Positions 31,342 to 40,673 of a stretch of 64,000 nt of DNA are shown here, one piece after another (the stretch's first letter is position 1; the number at the start of each line of letters is the position of its first letter). The DNA comes from Acidobacteriota bacterium (GTDB lineage Bacteria; Acidobacteriota; Blastocatellia; Pyrinomonadales; Pyrinomonadaceae): assembly GCA_031425275.1 (NCBI GenBank), contig JANPJA010000057.1, positions 1-64,000 of the forward strand, written 5' to 3'. The notes under the pieces were generated by a model. The model ran no database searches, was not told where the DNA came from, and was given only the letters and a program-made list of their open reading frames with translations. Both the position numbers and the translations under genes were made by a program.

Positions 31342-32394
31342 ATGGAATGGCTGAGTAACATGCTGGGGCCGGACGCCGCGCGGGGCGTGGGGCAGTTTGT
31401 CGGCATCAACATCGCGTTCGTCGTGACGCTGATGATCGTGGCCTACACGGTGCTGGCCGAGCGGCGCATCCTCGGGTTCATACAGGGCCGGCTGGGGCCG
31501 AACCGCGTCGGGCCGGGCGGGATGCTACAGCCCTTCGCCGACCTGTTGAAGTTCATCTTCAAAGAGGAGATCGTCCCCGACAAGGCGACGCGCTTCGTCT
31601 ATTTCCTCGCCCCCATCATCGCCATCACGGCCGCGCTGATGTCGATCATCGTGTACCCGTTCGGCCCTGATGTGAACATCCCGTTCATTGGGACGGTGCG
31701 GCTCGTCGTGACGCAGTTCGACGTGGCCCTGCTTTACGTGTTGGCCGTCACCTCGGTCGGCGTTTACGGCATCGCGCTCGCCGGGTGGTCGTCGAACAAC
31801 AAGTACAGTCTGATGGGCGCGCTGCGCTCGTCGGCCCAGCTCATCTCTTACGAGTTGTCGCTGGGCCTCGGCATCGTCGGCGTCGTGATGCTCTCCGGCT
31901 CGCTCGATCTCTACCAGATCACGGAACAGCAGGGGGGCTACTGGTTCGGGTTCATCCCGAAGTGGAACATCTTCCCGCAGTTCATCGGCTTCGTCGTCTA
32001 TCTGATCTCGGCCATCGCCGAGACGAACCGCGTGCCGTTTGATTTGCCGGAAGCGGAGACGGAGCTGGTCGCGGGATTCCACACCGAGTACTCCGCCCTA
32101 AAGTTCGCGCTCTTCTTCATGGCCGAGTACGTCAACATGTTCACGGTCTCGGTGCTGGCGACGACTCTGTTTCTCGGCGGCTGGAACGGCCCCGGCGTCG
32201 GGACTTTCCCGCTGCTCGGCGTCGTTTACTTCCTGCTCAAAGTCTTTTTCTTTCTGTTCCTCTACATCTGGCTGCGGGGGACGCTGCCGCGCTTCCGCTT
32301 CGACCAGTTGATGAACTTCGGCTGGAAATTCCTGCTGCCGCTCGCCCTCGTCAACGTCGTGGTGACGGCGGCGGTGGTGTTCTACACGATGTGA
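31342..32394 (+). CDS. nuoH: NADH-quinone oxidoreductase subunit H
   Basis: GFIQGRLGPNRVGPGGMLQPFAD, GWSSNNKYSL.GALRS.AQ.ISYE and AETNR.PFDL.E.E.ELV.G are NuoH/ND1 signatures. Confidence 0.92.
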   Translation: MEWLSNMLGPDAARGVGQFVGINIAFVVTLMIVAYTVLAERRILGFIQGRLGPNRVGPGGMLQPFADLLKFIFKEEIVPDKATRFVYFLAPIIAITAALMSIIVYPFGPDVNIPFIGTVRLVVTQFDVALLYVLAVTSVGVYGIALAGWSSNNKYSLMGALRSSAQLISYELSLGLGIVGVVMLSGSLDLYQITEQQGGYWFGFIPKWNIFPQFIGFVVYLISAIAETNRVPFDLPEAETELVAGFHTEYSALKFALFFMAEYVNMFTVSVLATTLFLGGWNGPGVGTFPLLGVVYFLLKVFFFLFLYIWLRGTLPRFRFDQLMNFGWKFLLPLALVNVVVTAAVVFYTM

Positions 32395-32424
32395 GCTTCG
32401 GGGCCGCGCCTTCCGGCCCCCGCG

Positions 32425-33102
32425 TTGGATATGACGACTCTCCTCTTTATCGTGCTCGCCGCGCTCGCCGTCGGCTCCGCCGTCTCGCTCGTCGTACAGC
32501 GCAACCCGCTCTACTGCGCCATCTCGCTCATCTTCGTCTTCATGTCGCTGGCCGGCCTCTACCTGACGCTCGCGGCCCCGTTCATCGCCGCCATCCAGAT
32601 CATCGTCTACGCCGGCGCGATCATGGTGCTCGTCGTCTTCGTCATCATGCTGCTCAACGTCGAAGAGGAGGAGCGCAAGCCTTTACGCCTGCGTGCGCTC
32701 GTGCCGCTAGCCATCGTCGGCGCGGGACTCCTCTTCGCCGAGGCCGCGTTCATCCTCTACTGGGTCAACGAGTCGGGCGCGGATCGCGCGCGCTCCGTCG
32801 GGGCGGCCGACACGGGGCTGACGAAGACCATCGGGGCGGGGTTGTTCACGACTTACCTACTTCCCTTCGAGATCACTTCGCTGCTGATCTTGATGGCCAT
32901 CGTCGGCGCGATGACGCTCGCGCGCCGCGCGTCCGCAATTCGGCCGACGGACTTGGTCGTGCCCGGATCGTCCGTATTGGCGCGTCAAACTCTCACGCCG
33001 GAGCCTGACTCGGACGCGACGCCCGTTTACTCGCGCACGACTGACGAGGCCGAACACGCGCTCGGTCTCGCGGGAGTGCCCCACCGGAGGGAGGAAGATT
33101 AA
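32425..33102 (+). CDS. nuoJ: NADH-quinone oxidoreductase subunit J
   Basis: The NuoJ/ND6-like TM pattern is present ([63 protein letters not shown]). It starts only 30 nt after the nuoH stop, leaving no room for nuoI. Confidence 0.85.
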   Translation: MDMTTLLFIVLAALAVGSAVSLVVQRNPLYCAISLIFVFMSLAGLYLTLAAPFIAAIQIIVYAGAIMVLVVFVIMLLNVEEEERKPLRLRALVPLAIVGAGLLFAEAAFILYWVNESGADRARSVGAADTGLTKTIGAGLFTTYLLPFEITSLLILMAIVGAMTLARRASAIRPTDLVVPGSSVLARQTLTPEPDSDATPVYSRTTDEAEHALGLAGVPHRREED

Positions 33103-33103
33103 G

Positions 33104-33406
33104 ATGATCCCTCTGTCGTGGTATCTGGCCCTCTCGGCCGTGCTGTTCACCATCGGCGTCGCGGGCGTCGTCATCAAGCGCAACGCCATCGCCATGTTCA
33201 TGTGCATCGAGCTGATGCTCAACGCCGTGAACCTGACGCTCGTCGCCTTCTCCACCTACTTCCACGACGTGACGGGCCAACTCTTCGTCTTCATCGTGAT
33301 GACGGTCGCCGCCGCCGAAGCCGCCGTGGGCTTAGGCATCATCATCACCGTCTTCCGCAACCGCGAATCGCTCGACGTGGACGACGCGAGTGTGCTGAGG
33401 AACTGA
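33104..33406 (+). CDS. nuoK: NADH-quinone oxidoreductase subunit K
   Basis: 100 aa. [34 protein letters not shown] and [12 protein letters not shown] are typical of NuoK/ND4L. Confidence 0.92.
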   Translation: MIPLSWYLALSAVLFTIGVAGVVIKRNAIAMFMCIELMLNAVNLTLVAFSTYFHDVTGQLFVFIVMTVAAAEAAVGLGIIITVFRNRESLDVDDASVLRN

Positions 33407-33412
33407 AAACCG

Positions 33413-33536
33413 CCCGTGGTCAGTTGTCCGTGGTCAGTTGTTTGTGCTTCATCAACGGACTTCTTGATCGGGAAGCCGCAGGCCACGACAGCGAAAAAAC
33501 AACGGACCACGAACAACTGACCACGGACAACTGACA
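33413..33536. repeat. Heptamer-repeat hairpin element, CAGTTGT/CCGTGGT family (nuoK-nuoL spacer)
   Basis: ccgtggtcagttgtccgtggtcagttgtttgtg ... cacgaacaactgaccacggacaactgacaATG. It ends directly at the nuoL ATG. Confidence 0.8.
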
Positions 33537-35795
33537 ATGCTCCGCTACATCATCTTCGCCCCGCTCGTCGGCGCGGCCATCAACTGGCTGGTCGGCCGGC
33601 GGCTGCGCAGCGAGGCGTTTTCCGGCGTCGTCGCGTGCGCTTCGGTACTCGTGTCCGCGCTCGCGGCCTTCTACGTCGCCTTCCGACCCGGCGACGGCGT
33701 GCTCGTCTCGCAAGGGACGCAGCCGGTTCTCGATCACTTGTGGACGTGGCTTCAGGTCGGCTCCTTCCGCGCGGACTTCGGGTTCGCGATGGACAGGTTG
33801 AGCGCGATCTACGTCTGCTTCATCACCTTCGTCGGCTTCCTGATCCACCTCTTCGCGACCGGCTACATGCACGGCGACCGAAGCTTCTACAGGTTCTTCG
33901 CTTACCTGAACCTGTTCATGTTCATGATGCTCACGCTCGTGCTGGCCGACAACCTGCTCCTGATGTTCGTCGGCTGGGAGGGCGTCGGACTCTGCTCGTA
34001 TCTTTTAATCGGCTACTACATCGACCGGAAAGAGGCGGGCGACGCGGCGAAGAAGGCTTTCGTCGCCAACCGCGTCGGCGACTGGGGCGTGATCATGGGC
34101 ATCATGCTCGTCTTCACGCTGACGGGATCGATCAGCTTCTTCGACAAGTCGTCCGCGGCGGTCGGGGGCGGCGCGGGCGTCGAGAGCGCGCTGCGACTCG
34201 TCGGGGGCATGGCCGCCGACCCGTTCTCGTGGGGCGCGCTCGTCGCGGGCGGTCTCACCTCGGCCGCCCTGCTCCTGTTCATCGGCGCGACGGGCAAGTC
34301 CGCGCAGATACCGCTCTTCGTCTGGCTGCCCGACGCGATGGCCGGGCCGACTCCGGTCTCCGCGCTCATCCACGCGGCGACGATGGTGACGGCGGGCGTC
34401 TATATGATCGTCCGCTGCTCCGAGATTTACGTCCACGCGCCCGCCGCGATGTTCATCGTCGCCGTCATCGGCGCGGCCACCGCGCTCTTCGCCGCGACCA
34501 TCGGCATCGCCCAGAACGACATCAAGAAGGTCTTGGCCTACTCGACCGTCTCGCAGCTCGGTTACATGATGCTCGCGTGCGGGGTCGGCGCGTTCGCCGC
34601 CGCGATCTTCCCCGTGATGACACACGCCTTCTTCAAGGCCCTGCTCTTCCTCGGCTCCGGCTCCGTCATCCACGGGATGCACCACGAGCAGGACATGCGG
34701 CGGATGGGCGGCCTCAAGAAATACATGCCCATCACCTTCGCCGCGATGGCCGTCGGGTGGCTCGCCATCAGCGGCTTCCCGCTCCTCTCCGGCTTCTTCT
34801 CGAAGGACGAGATTCTCTGGAAGACCTGGAGCGCGGACGTGGCCGGCTACCCGGCGGGTTTGGGTAAGGCCCTTTGGTTCGTCGGCGCGTTGACGGCCCT
34901 CGTCACGGCCGTTTACATGACGCGCCTGATGGTGATGACCTTCTGGGGCGCCGAACGGTTTCGCGAGGCGCACGCGGGCGCACCGGCCGACGAGGCGCAC
35001 GGCCACGGCAGCCCCGTTGATTCCGTCCACGCCGGGGATGACGAGCATGACGAGCACGCGCATCACGGCCCCTTCGAGCCGCGCGAGTCGCCCTGGACGA
35101 TGACCGTGCCGCTAATCGTGCTGGCGGTATTATCGGCCGTCGGCGGACTTGTCGGCGTCCCATACGCATTGAGCGGCGGCAAGATTCCCAACTACTTCGA
35201 GCACGCGCTCGAACCCGTCATCGCCCACGCACCGCAGCAGCACGGCGGCGGCGCGCACGCCGCGCCCGCGACGGCGCACGGCACAGCGGAGACTCTGCAA
35301 ACGCCGCCCGCGCACGGCAACGAGGGTGCCGCTCCGCAGTCCGTCGGCGAGGGCGGGTCCGGGGCCTCCGGCACACACCCGGCCGAACCGGCGCACGACC
35401 CGGCCGAGGTCGCGCAGGAGCGTCTGTTCACGGGCATTTCAGTACTCATCGGACTCATCGGCATCGCCGCCGGCTGGCTCTACTTCAAAAAACACCCGCT
35501 CGCGCGAATGCCCCGCCTGCTGGAAAACAAGTATTACGTTGACGAGGCTTATGACGCGGCCGTCATCAACCCGATCAAGCGCGGCTCGCGCTCGGTGCTG
35601 TGGAAGTTCTTTGATCTGGCCGTCATCGACGGGCTGGTGAACGGCGCGGCGCGTGCCGCCCAAAACTTGGGCGGCGTCGCCCGCCGTCTCCAGTTCGGCT
35701 TCGTGCGCGGCTACGCCGCCGTCATCCTCGTCGGCGCGCTCGCCGTCATCGGCTACTTCGCCTACATGTTCGGCAGCGGAAATTTCGGAAGATAA
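33537..35795 (+). CDS. nuoL: NADH-quinone oxidoreductase subunit L, unusually long (752 aa) with two His/Ala/Gly-rich loop insertions
   Basis: NuoL/ND5 core motifs are present (GWEGVGLCSYLLIGYY, AMAGPTPVSALIHAATMVTAGVY, HAFFKALLFLGSGSV). The insertions are HGHGSPVDSVHAGDDEHDEHAHHG and HAPQQHGGGAHAAPATAHGTAE... Confidence 0.88.
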   Translation: MLRYIIFAPLVGAAINWLVGRRLRSEAFSGVVACASVLVSALAAFYVAFRPGDGVLVSQGTQPVLDHLWTWLQVGSFRADFGFAMDRLSAIYVCFITFVGFLIHLFATGYMHGDRSFYRFFAYLNLFMFMMLTLVLADNLLLMFVGWEGVGLCSYLLIGYYIDRKEAGDAAKKAFVANRVGDWGVIMGIMLVFTLTGSISFFDKSSAAVGGGAGVESALRLVGGMAADPFSWGALVAGGLTSAALLLFIGATGKSAQIPLFVWLPDAMAGPTPVSALIHAATMVTAGVYMIVRCSEIYVHAPAAMFIVAVIGAATALFAATIGIAQNDIKKVLAYSTVSQLGYMMLACGVGAFAAAIFPVMTHAFFKALLFLGSGSVIHGMHHEQDMRRMGGLKKYMPITFAAMAVGWLAISGFPLLSGFFSKDEILWKTWSADVAGYPAGLGKALWFVGALTALVTAVYMTRLMVMTFWGAERFREAHAGAPADEAHGHGSPVDSVHAGDDEHDEHAHHGPFEPRESPWTMTVPLIVLAVLSAVGGLVGVPYALSGGKIPNYFEHALEPVIAHAPQQHGGGAHAAPATAHGTAETLQTPPAHGNEGAAPQSVGEGGSGASGTHPAEPAHDPAEVAQERLFTGISVLIGLIGIAAGWLYFKKHPLARMPRLLENKYYVDEAYDAAVINPIKRGSRSVLWKFFDLAVIDGLVNGAARAAQNLGGVARRLQFGFVRGYAAVILVGALAVIGYFAYMFGSGNFGR

Positions 35796-35799
35796 TTTT

Positions 35800-37362
35800 A
35801 TGGAGCAATATCTGCTCACCATCCTGATTCTGGTGCCCGCCGTCGGCGCGCTCGCCGTCGCGGGCCACGCCCTCGCGCCGTATAAGCGCGAGGCGCATTA
35901 CCGCCTCATCGCGCTCGCCTTCTCGGTCGCGACTTTCCTGCTCTCGCTGCTCCTGCTGCGGGGCGACAGCTCCGCGCCTGGCTTCCGCTTCGAGCAGGAC
36001 ACGAACTGGATCGGGGCCATCGGCGCGCACTACCACGTCGGCGTGGACGGCATCAGTTTGTGGCTCGTGCTGCTGACCACGCTGCTCGTGCCCATCGCGA
36101 TCTTGTCGAGCTGGCACGCGGTCGAGAAGAAACCGGCCGCCTTCTACGCCTTCCTGCTGATACTCGAAGGCGCGATGATCGGCGTCTTCGTCTCGCTCGA
36201 CCTGCTCGTCTTCTACCTCTTCTTCGAGGCGTCGCTGGTGCCGATGTTCTTCCTCATCGGCGTCTGGGGCGGCGAGCGCAGGGTCTACGCCTCGGTCAAG
36301 TTCTTCATCTACACGGCGGTCGGCTCGCTCCTGATGCTCGCCGCGATCATCGCGCTCTGGAGCTACTTCGGCACCTTCGACTACCCGACCATCCTACTCA
36401 AACTAGCCGACGGCGTGCCCTACTCGCCGCGCGTCGAGTTCCTGCTCTTCTTCGCCTTCGCCATCGCCTTCTGCATTAAGGTTCCCGTCTGGCCCCTGCA
36501 CACGTGGCTGCCCGACGCGCACACCGAGGCCCCGACGGCCGGCTCCGTCATCCTCGCGGGAGTGCTGCTGAAGATGGGGACTTACGGGCTGCTGCGTTTC
36601 AACTTCGCGCTCTTCCCCGAGTCCGCGCGCCGCTTCGCGTCGTTCTTCATCGTGCTCGCCGTCATCGGCATCATCTACGGCGCGCTCGTGGCAATGGTGC
36701 AGCCGGACGTGAAGCGACTGGTCGCCTACTCGTCGGTCAGCCACATGGGATTCATCATGCTGGGGCTGTTCTCGTTCACGGACGAGGGGATGCAGGGCGC
36801 GCTCTACCAGATGTTGAATCACGGCGTCTCGACCGGGGCGTTGTTCCTGATCGTCGGGATGATCTACGAACGCCGGCACACGCGGCAGATATCGGATTTC
36901 GGCGGGCTCGCGAAGCCGATGCCGTGGTTCGCCACGTTCTTCGTCATCGCGTCGCTCTCGTCGGTGGGGCTGCCGCTCTTGAACGGCTTCGTCGGAGAGT
37001 TTCTGATCATGCTCGGGATGTGGACTTCGCTGGTCGATTTCGCGGGGTGGATGAACCCGCGCGTGGTGACGATGATTGCGGGCACCGGGGTCATCTGGGC
37101 GGCCGTGTACATGCTCTGGATGTTGCAGCGCGTCCTCTTCGGCCGGGTCAGGAACCCGGCCAACGCCGGGCTGCGCGATTTGTCGGCGCGCGAGATCGGG
37201 TTGCTCCTGCCGCTGCTCGCGCTGATGCTCTACATGGGCGTCTATCCGCGCCCGTTCCTCGGCCGCTCCGAAGGGTCGGTCCGAATGGCGCGCGAGCGCG
37301 TGACTAATTCGGGCGGCGGCGGCACGGCGCAACTCCAGTTGACGCCGGAGTTGAAACGATGA
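35800..37362 (+). CDS. nuoM: NADH-quinone oxidoreductase subunit M
   Basis: Start placed at ATG 35800 (MEQYLLTILILVP), 5 nt after the nuoL stop. The upstream part of the track ORF overlaps nuoL out of frame. ND4-like motifs are present (WLPDAHTEAPTAGSVILAGVLLKMGTYG). Confidence 0.9.
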   Translation: MEQYLLTILILVPAVGALAVAGHALAPYKREAHYRLIALAFSVATFLLSLLLLRGDSSAPGFRFEQDTNWIGAIGAHYHVGVDGISLWLVLLTTLLVPIAILSSWHAVEKKPAAFYAFLLILEGAMIGVFVSLDLLVFYLFFEASLVPMFFLIGVWGGERRVYASVKFFIYTAVGSLLMLAAIIALWSYFGTFDYPTILLKLADGVPYSPRVEFLLFFAFAIAFCIKVPVWPLHTWLPDAHTEAPTAGSVILAGVLLKMGTYGLLRFNFALFPESARRFASFFIVLAVIGIIYGALVAMVQPDVKRLVAYSSVSHMGFIMLGLFSFTDEGMQGALYQMLNHGVSTGALFLIVGMIYERRHTRQISDFGGLAKPMPWFATFFVIASLSSVGLPLLNGFVGEFLIMLGMWTSLVDFAGWMNPRVVTMIAGTGVIWAAVYMLWMLQRVLFGRVRNPANAGLRDLSAREIGLLLPLLALMLYMGVYPRPFLGRSEGSVRMARERVTNSGGGGTAQLQLTPELKR

Positions 37363-38936
37363 GCTTGAGTTTCGCTTTTCAGACGATCCCGGCGCTTTCG
37401 CCCGACGTGAACATGCGGCTGCTGCTGCCGGAATTGATCGTCTCGCTCGCGGGCGTGCTGGTCATGCTGGCCGATGCTTTCACCCGAAAGATCGAGCGGC
37501 GCTGGCTGACCGGCGGGATCGCGCTCGCCGGACTCGGCGCGGCCGCCGCCGCCTGTTTCGCGCTCTGGGGCGACGCCGAGGCCCAAGCCTTCAACGGCAT
37601 GATCGTCTTGAACCGGCTGCGGCTCTCCTTCACGCTCGTCTTCCTCGTCGTCTCCGCGCTCACCGTGCTGGTCTCGATGATCTGGGTCGAGTGGGAGCAT
37701 CTGCCGGCGGGCGAGTTCCATTCGCTGCTCTTGTTCGCCACCGTCGGGATGATGCTGATGGCGTCGGGCGGCGATCTCGTCATTATCTTCCTCGGCCTCG
37801 AACTGCTCTCGATCGCGACCTACGTGATGGCCGGGTTTCGCCGCACCGATCTGCGCTCTAACGAGTCTTCGATGAAATACTTCATCCTCGGCTCGTTCTC
37901 GTCGGCCTTCCTCCTCTACGGCATCGCGCTCGTTTACGGCGGGACGGTGACGGCCGCGGGCGGCGCGGGCACGACCAATTTGCGACTGATCGCCGAGCGC
38001 GTCGGCGAAGGCCCCTACCCCGTGCTGCTCTACGCGGGCGCGGCGCTGTTAATCGTCGGGTTCGGATTCAAAATCGCGACCGCGCCGTTCCACGTCTGGA
38101 CGCCGGACGTGTACGAGGGCGCGCCGACCCCCGTCACGGCCTTCATGGCCGCCGGGCCGAAGGCGGCGGGCTTCGCGGGCTTCATGTCGGTCTTCCTCAT
38201 CGCCTTCCCCTCGGTCGCGGGTAACGCGGCGGCGTCGCAACTCCACGAGGCGTGGCTTAACGCTCTAGTCGTCATCGCGATTCTGACCATGACGGTCGGC
38301 AACCTCGCCGCCCTCGTCCAGTCGAACGTCAAGCGGATGCTGGCCTACTCTTCCATCGCGCACGCGGGCTATGCCCTCGTCGGCTTCATCGCGGCGGGGG
38401 CGGCCAACGGCGGGACGAAACAGCAGGAGGCGACCGGCGCGGTCGTCTTCTACCTGCTCGCATACGCCGTGATGAACCTCGGCGCGTTCGCCGTCGTCAC
38501 CCTCATCGCGCGGGGCGGCGACCGGCGGACGGAAATCGAGGACTACCACGGCATTGGTTTTAGCGCGCCCGCCCTGTCGGCCGCGCTCACGCTCTTCATG
38601 CTCAGTTTGCTGGGCGTGCCGCTGACCGCCGGGTTCATGGGCAAGGTGCTGGTCTTCCGCTCGGCGTTGGGTCAGACCGAGCAGGGGCCGCAGTATGCGT
38701 GGCTCGTCGTCGTCGCCGTCGTCAACACGGCCATCTCGGCTTACTACTACTTGCGGCTCGTCATCGTGATGTTCTTCCGCGAGCGCATGAGCGCGTGGGC
38801 CGCGCCGCGCGTGCCGGCGAGCATCGCGCTCGCGCTCGTGCTGACGGCGGCCGGCGTCCTTTATCTGGGCATCTTTCCGGGGCGGCTCATCGACGCCCTC
38901 CGCGTTGCGGAGACATCGGTCGGTCGGCTAAAGTAG
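37359..38936 (+). CDS. nuoN: NADH-quinone oxidoreductase subunit N
   Basis: The stop/start overlap ATGA with nuoM. It is ND2-like (GLELLSIATYVMAGF, FKIATAPFHVWTPDVYEGAPTPVTAF). Confidence 0.9.
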   Translation: MSLSFAFQTIPALSPDVNMRLLLPELIVSLAGVLVMLADAFTRKIERRWLTGGIALAGLGAAAAACFALWGDAEAQAFNGMIVLNRLRLSFTLVFLVVSALTVLVSMIWVEWEHLPAGEFHSLLLFATVGMMLMASGGDLVIIFLGLELLSIATYVMAGFRRTDLRSNESSMKYFILGSFSSAFLLYGIALVYGGTVTAAGGAGTTNLRLIAERVGEGPYPVLLYAGAALLIVGFGFKIATAPFHVWTPDVYEGAPTPVTAFMAAGPKAAGFAGFMSVFLIAFPSVAGNAAASQLHEAWLNALVVIAILTMTVGNLAALVQSNVKRMLAYSSIAHAGYALVGFIAAGAANGGTKQQEATGAVVFYLLAYAVMNLGAFAVVTLIARGGDRRTEIEDYHGIGFSAPALSAALTLFMLSLLGVPLTAGFMGKVLVFRSALGQTEQGPQYAWLVVVAVVNTAISAYYYLRLVIVMFFRERMSAWAAPRVPASIALALVLTAAGVLYLGIFPGRLIDALRVAETSVGRLK

Positions 38937-38940
38937 GGCC

Positions 38941-39017
38941 GTGAGCCGTCAAACGTCAACCGTGACAAGCGAGCCTTCGGCACTCCCTTGTCACGGTTGA
39001 CGTTTGACGGTTGACGG
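38941..39017. repeat. Hairpin element, GTCAACCGTGACAAG variant of the GTCACGG family (after nuoN)
   Basis: ccgtcaaacgtcaaccgtgacaagcgagccttcggcactcccttgtcacggttgacgtttgacggttgacgg is a near-perfect long palindrome. It probably also acts as the operon terminator structure. Confidence 0.8.
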
Positions 39018-39024
39018 CATTTTT

Positions 39025-39597
39025 ATGGAAGCGGCTATGAGAAGTTTGGCCCGCGACGAGAGGCCGGAAGAGTTGCCGGCGGCACTTGAGGGTGGCCGCG
39101 CGCCGAATCTCGCGGCGCTGGCGGGGGCCGTCCGCGAGGAGTTGGGTGAGGAGTGGCCGCCGCGAATTTACGGCGAGCGGGTGCGCAGTTTACGCACTCG
39201 CTCCCACCCGCTGCCGGCCGCCGCGAAGAATGCGCGGATTGAAATCCATCACACGCTACTCGGCGTCGAGTTGAAAGTCGGGCGAAGGCGCGTCTCGTGC
39301 CCCGATCTCTCCACGGCCCGTTACCTCGCCGTCTTCGCGCGGGCCGGCTGCGTGGCCGTGGCCGTACCCTACGACATCTCGAAAATCTCGCACCTCGCGG
39401 ATCGGCTCGAACAGGGCTTCGAGCGCGCCCTGCTCGTCGGCGAGCACGTGGCGGAGGGCCGCTCCGACGCTTTCCGCAAACGCCTCCGGCGGTTTATAGT
39501 TGAGGAGGTGCGGCGCGAGGTAGAGGCGGCCGGGGCGGGCGAGGCCGTCCCGCAATTCAAACAGAGTACGCGGCAGCGACCGCCGCGAAGTATTTAA
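39025..39597 (+). CDS. Hypothetical protein
   Basis: About 190 aa from ATG 39025. The track ORF start at 39004 lies inside the palindromic element. No recognisable domain. Confidence 0.45.
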   Translation: MEAAMRSLARDERPEELPAALEGGRAPNLAALAGAVREELGEEWPPRIYGERVRSLRTRSHPLPAAAKNARIEIHHTLLGVELKVGRRRVSCPDLSTARYLAVFARAGCVAVAVPYDISKISHLADRLEQGFERALLVGEHVAEGRSDAFRKRLRRFIVEEVRREVEAAGAGEAVPQFKQSTRQRPPRSI

Positions 39598-39611
39598 ATC
39601 CGACCGCGAGG

Positions 39612-40583
39612 TTGATGGAAGACAACAGGATGGAGACGCAGGAACTCATCGCCGCAATAGCGGCCCAAACGCCCATCGATCAGCCCGAACCGCTCCCCTT
39701 CCCCTTCAGCCAACGCACCTATTGTCCGTACGAGCCGATCGAGAAGCGGATCGAGACGTGCCGCGTGCTCATCGTGGACGATTTGTTGCGCGACGAGGGC
39801 GACCTCTCCGAAGTCGCGCGGCGCGATTGGGGCCGCCGCGCGGGAGCGCGACTCAACCGCGAGCGCAAGATCGCGCCGCTGGCGGTCGCCAACATCCGCA
39901 ACAACGTCGAGCGACTAGTCCGCCACCCGCACACGAGCGAAGTGCACCTCTCGGAAGTCGCCGAGGCGGTGAAGGAATACCAACCCGACGCCATCGTCCT
40001 CTCCGGCACGCTCTCCGACTTCGACTATTACAACCCGGAGCTGCTGGAAAACTTCTCGCGCTTCATCCGCGCGACGCGCACGCCCGTCCTCGGCATCTGC
40101 GGCGGACACCAACTCGTCGGCATCTCGTTCGGCTCTCGCGTCGAAACGCTCGACCACAAGGAGCAGCACGAGAACCGCGAGGGCCGCCCCTTCGAATACC
40201 AGTACCGCTTCGTCCGAATTTTGGATCGCGACGATCCGATCTTCGTGGGCGTCAACGAGCGCGACTCGAACGTGTGGCAGGACTACACGGTGGAGGCCGG
40301 CATCCTGCGGGTCTGGCAAAACCACGGCCTCCAGATCAACCTCCCCGACGGCTTCCGCACCATCGCGCACTCCTTCTTCTGCCGCAACCAGATGATGGTC
40401 AGGCGCGACGCGGGCCAGCTCATCTACACGGTGCAATTCCACCTCGAAAAATCTTTCGAGGACTGGGACAGGCGTCAGGCCACGCGCTGGCAACACCCCA
40501 ACGACTCGCGCGACGGCCGCGTCATCTTCGAGAACTTCTTGCGGATCGCGCTGGAACACCGCGGGGGCGGCGAGAGCGTCTAA
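39612..40583 (+). CDS. Class I glutamine amidotransferase-like protein
   Basis: The GATase1 nucleophile elbow VLGICGGHQLVG and the downstream QFHLE (His-Glu of the triad) are present. There is an N-terminal extension of about 120 aa of unknown function. Confidence 0.72.
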   Translation: MMEDNRMETQELIAAIAAQTPIDQPEPLPFPFSQRTYCPYEPIEKRIETCRVLIVDDLLRDEGDLSEVARRDWGRRAGARLNRERKIAPLAVANIRNNVERLVRHPHTSEVHLSEVAEAVKEYQPDAIVLSGTLSDFDYYNPELLENFSRFIRATRTPVLGICGGHQLVGISFGSRVETLDHKEQHENREGRPFEYQYRFVRILDRDDPIFVGVNERDSNVWQDYTVEAGILRVWQNHGLQINLPDGFRTIAHSFFCRNQMMVRRDAGQLIYTVQFHLEKSFEDWDRRQATRWQHPNDSRDGRVIFENFLRIALEHRGGGESV

Positions 40584-40609
40584 TCAGAGTCGGCGAATTT
40601 CAGTACGGC

Positions 40610-40652
40610 AAAGGGATGGGCCGGCGTTTGATAGCGCCGGCCCATCCCTTTT
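40610..40652. terminator. Bidirectional terminator hairpin between convergent genes
   Basis: aaagggatgggccggcg tttgatag cgccggcccatcccttt is a perfect 17-bp stem flanked by A and T runs. Confidence 0.6.
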
Positions 40653-40673
40653 CCGTCGTACGAAGCGCCGCCC

